Shown here: positions 17,031 through 20,000 of the stretch, in pieces
How positions within the stretch are numbered: the first letter of the stretch is position 1
How the letters are laid out: each line of letters begins with the position of its first letter
Origin: an uncultured virus (IMG/VR IMGVR_UViG_3300030102_007457)
Taxonomy: Duplodnaviria > Heunggongvirae > Uroviricota > Caudoviricetes
Length of the DNA: 20,000 nucleotides
IMG/VR virus record: IMGVR_UViG_3300030102_007457
Strand: one strand, 5' to 3'
Program-made: the position numbers and the translations under genes
The notes under the pieces: model-generated
The model's database searches: none
What the model saw: only the letters and a program-made list of their open reading frames with translations
Told to the model about the DNA's origin: nothing

Positions 17031-17983
17031 TTATTCAACTCCTTTTTCAATTTCGCAATAAAGCAATCCACGTAGGAATAACTGTTGTCAGGCCATTCGT
17101 GAATGCGACTCATCATATCTGAGTAGACTGCGAGTATATCCCACAGCCTGTTAGTATCCTCTCCTATCTCGAAGAAGGATGATATATTCTGATAGAAAGA
17201 CTGCATGACCATCATTCTGGTGCTGCCCCTGTCGAGGGCATTGTGCAGGCTAACTCTCATCTCCAACCAGTTGTCAACGAGAGCAGATGCTGCTGCGTCG
17301 GAGACCACATCTATCTCCTTGCACTTCTCCTTCAGCGCATCCTCATCATGCTTGAGCGACTGAAGAGTGTTCACACACGCTCTCAGGTCACCGTTGTGAA
17401 TGTAAACCAGACGTGGGAACAATGGCTTCCACGCCTCTATAATATTGAAATCAAGATTGACTGCGACACATACGTTGGTAAGATGCATAGCACCCTCCTC
17501 CGGTGTGAGAGGCTTGAACTCATAGACTGAACATCTGCTCTTGATTGCAGGTCGTATTTTGTCCGCTTGATTCGCTGTCAGTATGAATAGGCAGTTATCC
17601 GAGTGATTCTCAATAACCTGCCTCATTGCATCCTGTGCTGCTGGTGTGAGGCCATCAGCCTCATCCAGAAGAGCGACTCTCCTATCAGCGCCGAGAGGTC
17701 TGGTGCCAGCGAAGGTCTTCAGTTCCCCTCGTATGGAGTCGATGCCTCTCTCATCACTGGCATTGGTCTCCAAGTAATTCACAGGGTCGTAGAACTCACC
17801 CAATACCGCACGTGCTATCACTCTGGCTGATGTGGTCTTCCCTACTCCGGGTGGGCCAACTAGAAGGAGGGATGATGGCCATTCGTCATTAGACTGCCAA
17901 GACTCAGCGTCCGAGATGAAATTTCTCTGTCCCACTATATGCTTGAGGCTCACGGGCCTTGCTCTCTCATTCCACTGCATCAC
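17027..17983 (-). CDS. rfcS: Replication factor C small subunit (clamp loader)
   Basis: WNERARP, GPPGVGKTT, ETNASDERGID, LLDEAD, FILTAN, IKSRC, GDLR. Confidence 0.95.
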   Translation of the reverse strand: MMQWNERARPVSLKHIVGQRNFISDAESWQSNDEWPSSLLLVGPPGVGKTTSARVIARAVLGEFYDPVNYLETNASDERGIDSIRGELKTFAGTRPLGADRRVALLDEADGLTPAAQDAMRQVIENHSDNCLFILTANQADKIRPAIKSRCSVYEFKPLTPEEGAMHLTNVCVAVNLDFNIIEAWKPLFPRLVYIHNGDLRACVNTLQSLKHDEDALKEKCKEIDVVSDAAASALVDNWLEMRVSLHNALDRGSTRMMVMQSFYQNISSFFEIGEDTNRLWDILAVYSDMMSRIHEWPDNSYSYVDCFIAKLKKELNN

Positions 17984-18381
17984 TCATCCCTCTTTACTTC
18001 TTTAAATATGAATTCAAATTTCTCAGCCCATTCGACGAAGTCATCGAAGTCTTTCGGCATGGGATTATTCATGCACCACAGGAATAGGTCGAGATTACTT
18101 TCATCACGTAAGTGTTCTCTAACCCCTGATTTCTTGAACAGTATATCGAACTTCATAATATCCTCCTCATCATAGTACATCTCCAGAAGGGGTATGCCCA
18201 TCGTATCGAGTTCATCCTCTATCAGTTCCAGAAGGTCCTGCCTGTCATGCTTGAACAGAGTCTTCCACCATGCGTACTTCCTGAATCTGAAGCCTATGTC
18301 GTTGTTGTCAGACCTAGTGACATTCACGTGGAACCTGATGTCAGACACGATGAAGCCCAGTGCGTACGACCAGTCGTCCAT
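17980..18381 (-). CDS. Degenerate single-motif LAGLIDADG-like protein
   Basis: N-terminus SYALGFIVSDIRFHVNV......IGFRFR mirrors YLAGFxDGDGSFxVxI......GY of I-CreI-type endonucleases; 133 aa. Confidence 0.4.
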   Translation of the reverse strand: MDDWSYALGFIVSDIRFHVNVTRSDNNDIGFRFRKYAWWKTLFKHDRQDLLELIEDELDTMGIPLLEMYYDEEDIMKFDILFKKSGVREHLRDESNLDLFLWCMNNPMPKDFDDFVEWAEKFEFIFKEVKRDE

Positions 18382-18382
18382 C

Positions 18383-19707
18383 TCAATCCTCTCCGTACAT
18401 CAGGTCCACGAGTTGCACAACGTCCGACAGACCTAGGTCGTCGTGAACTGCAATCGGCAGGGGAGTGACAATCTCAAGTGGGTCCTTGTTGACTTCAGGC
18501 ACCACCACCTCCAGCACTATGCACTCGTTGTCTATCTTCTGCCAGTCCTTCCGTGGGCTGAGCGGTGTTCTTCTCTTTATGCTGAACGTCAGTTCGCTGG
18601 CCAAGTCTCCTTTCACCATGAAAGTACCCACCACGACATAGTCCTCTATCCCATCCACTATGTTGACGCGTACCATCAGTCCGTCATCCGTCTGCTTGAA
18701 CGAATGAACTCTGAAGTACTTTCGAGCAAGAGAACGCATGAGCGTGAAGCCTCCATCCTCAGATGGCTCGTAAGGCGCTGGATTAGGAAATCGAATGACG
18801 TCGTCGTCAATCATGTAGGATAGTGAACTCCACTGCTCGACCTGTGTTGGGAAGTGGATGGTGACAGGCTCGTCGGTGAGCATGCCTTGGAATCGATTCA
18901 GCCTCTCGTCGAGAGTCAGCATGGGGTAGCGGGGGAATATAGCATCATACACGTTGATGTGATTGTCGTCAGGTATAGCCTCGAGTATTACTGGCCCACG
19001 AATATCCCAATCGAGAATGGGGGCCTTCCCCCTAGGTACCAGCCTTCCGCTTCTATCACGCCATACCAAGCGAGACCCGTCTATCTCATTCAGCACGTGC
19101 AGCATCTTGGTGCTGCCCTTGCGCATTATTCTCTGATACATGTTGTCGTTGAACTCCTCCATCCTGCTGGGCCCGTCCGTTGACAGGTAGGGCAGGAAGT
19201 GCCTCGGCATGAGAGCGAGGCTCGGCTCCTCGTACCATCGAGCACCGGCATCGAGAGACTCGGGGTCGTCGAACAGGACTCGTATGAGTTCGTCGCTGCT
19301 CTTCATCGACATGTGCCGCTTGAGAATATCGGGTTGGACTTTATTTCTGGCAAGTGCCCTGATGAAAGATACTTCAGTCATGATAGTATCTGAGAGAATG
19401 AAGCGCCAGAATAATCTAGCCTCAATCTCGTCCATCATGTGGGCGACATCTAGAATCTTAACAGCGCCCTCAGCCACGCTCTCAGCGTATTGTACAGCCT
19501 GAGAGACCGACCAATTCCTTGAGGCGGATTTGTTGCTNNNNNNNNNNTCGATGCGAGTTCGCTCCTGCTCAGTAGTTTTCTCCTAGGGAAGAATAGAGCA
19601 TGTAGATTGACCGCGTCTTCCACTTCTTCCATCTTGGAAATAAGATTGACTTTACGTCTACCCAGTCTCATTGACTCGTGAATCCTCGATGCTTGAGTGA
19701 ACCTCAC
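18383..19707 (-). CDS. ATP-dependent DNA ligase-like protein, apparently catalytically degenerate; spans an assembly gap
   Basis: ORFs 19450-19707 and 18383-19477 join across the N run at 19538-19547 (downstream frame open up to the gap). Ligase-like landmarks in order: EARLFWRFIL, MLHV..VWRDRSG, ILEA, VYDAI, LTLDERL, PYEPS, C-terminal OB-like strands; no KxDG. Confidence 0.55.
19538..19547. other. Assembly gap (10 N)
   Basis: Run of N; true length unknown. Confidence 0.99.
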
Positions 19708-20000
19708 CCAAGCACCTCCTCTATCACGAAGGAGTATGCATCACTCCATTCTCTCGGTCTGGGTTGTGTACTAATCTCAAGCACCTGCTTGGAGGCCTCC
19801 ACCATACTCTTGACTGTCACCTTGTGACCATACCTGTTCGACACGATGTACAGACAATCCACCAAGAGACCATGCGGTGTTCTCCTATTGTCCCAGAGCG
19901 GATGCTTAAGCATGGTATCATGCAGCCTCTTCGCCTGCTTGGCCACGTGAAGAGGGAGTGAGAGCGCTATTGATAGGTGGATGGTGTAGTCCTTCGACTG
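19704..20000 (-). CDS. TFB/TFIIB-like cyclin-fold protein, 5'-truncated by the window
   Basis: Frame open to 20000: QSKDYTIHLSIALSLPLHVAKQAKRLHDTMLKHPLWDNRRTPHGLLVDCLYIVSNRYGHKVTVKSMVEAS matches the TFB core repeat pattern DY..RF.S.L.L...V...A..I......L..GRSP.GL.AA.LYIA....G...T...VA. Confidence 0.65.
   Translation of the reverse strand, partial: QSKDYTIHLSIALSLPLHVAKQAKRLHDTMLKHPLWDNRRTPHGLLVDCLYIVSNRYGHKVTVKSMVEASKQVLEISTQPRPREWSDAYSFVIEEVLG

Noticed and set aside
4219..19502. Numerous + strand ORFs of 60-180 aa opposite the replication genes (e.g. 14829-15365, 6484-6921)
   Set aside because: Antisense shadows of well-supported - strand genes, with no motifs or ribosome-binding sites.
19450..19707. 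Programmed frameshift or split gene in the ligase-like locus
   Set aside because: The frame change coincides with a 10-N scaffold gap of unknown length, so it is most simply an assembly artefact.
1..20000. Cellular archaeal chromosome origin of the window
   Set aside because: Tail-fibre and chaperone genes adjoin a dense cluster of divergent replication genes that are scattered in cells, and no housekeeping or integrase genes are seen; a provirus cannot be excluded from this window alone.

Overview
Fragment of a tailed dsDNA virus of Euryarchaeota, most consistent with a Marine Group II (Poseidoniales) 'magrovirus'. The + strand (1-3155) carries the end of a virion/tail module: a 5'-truncated tail-fibre-like repeat protein, an unknown protein and a tail-fibre assembly chaperone. 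It converges on a tightly packed - strand early/replication region (20000->3173). In transcription order that region encodes a TFB-like cyclin-fold protein, a degenerate ATP-dependent ligase-like protein interrupted by an N-gap, a degenerate LAGLIDADG-like protein, RFC clamp loader, OB-fold SSB, coiled-coil protein, RecA/Sak4-like ATPase, PCNA-like clamp, PolB, MazG-like protein, Cas4-like nuclease, PriS-PriL fusion primase, Zn-finger, ERCC4 nuclease, N-truncated MCM-like helicase, DEDDy exonuclease and a group II chaperonin. Reading the sequence by hand gave three short translationally coupled ORFs missing from the ORF track, one a TFS-like zinc ribbon with a basic instead of acidic tip. It also revealed a ~94-nt non-coding element with four nested helices and a possible pseudoknot, upstream of a leader-peptide/membrane-protein pair. 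All assignments come from motif recognition by eye; no searches were run.
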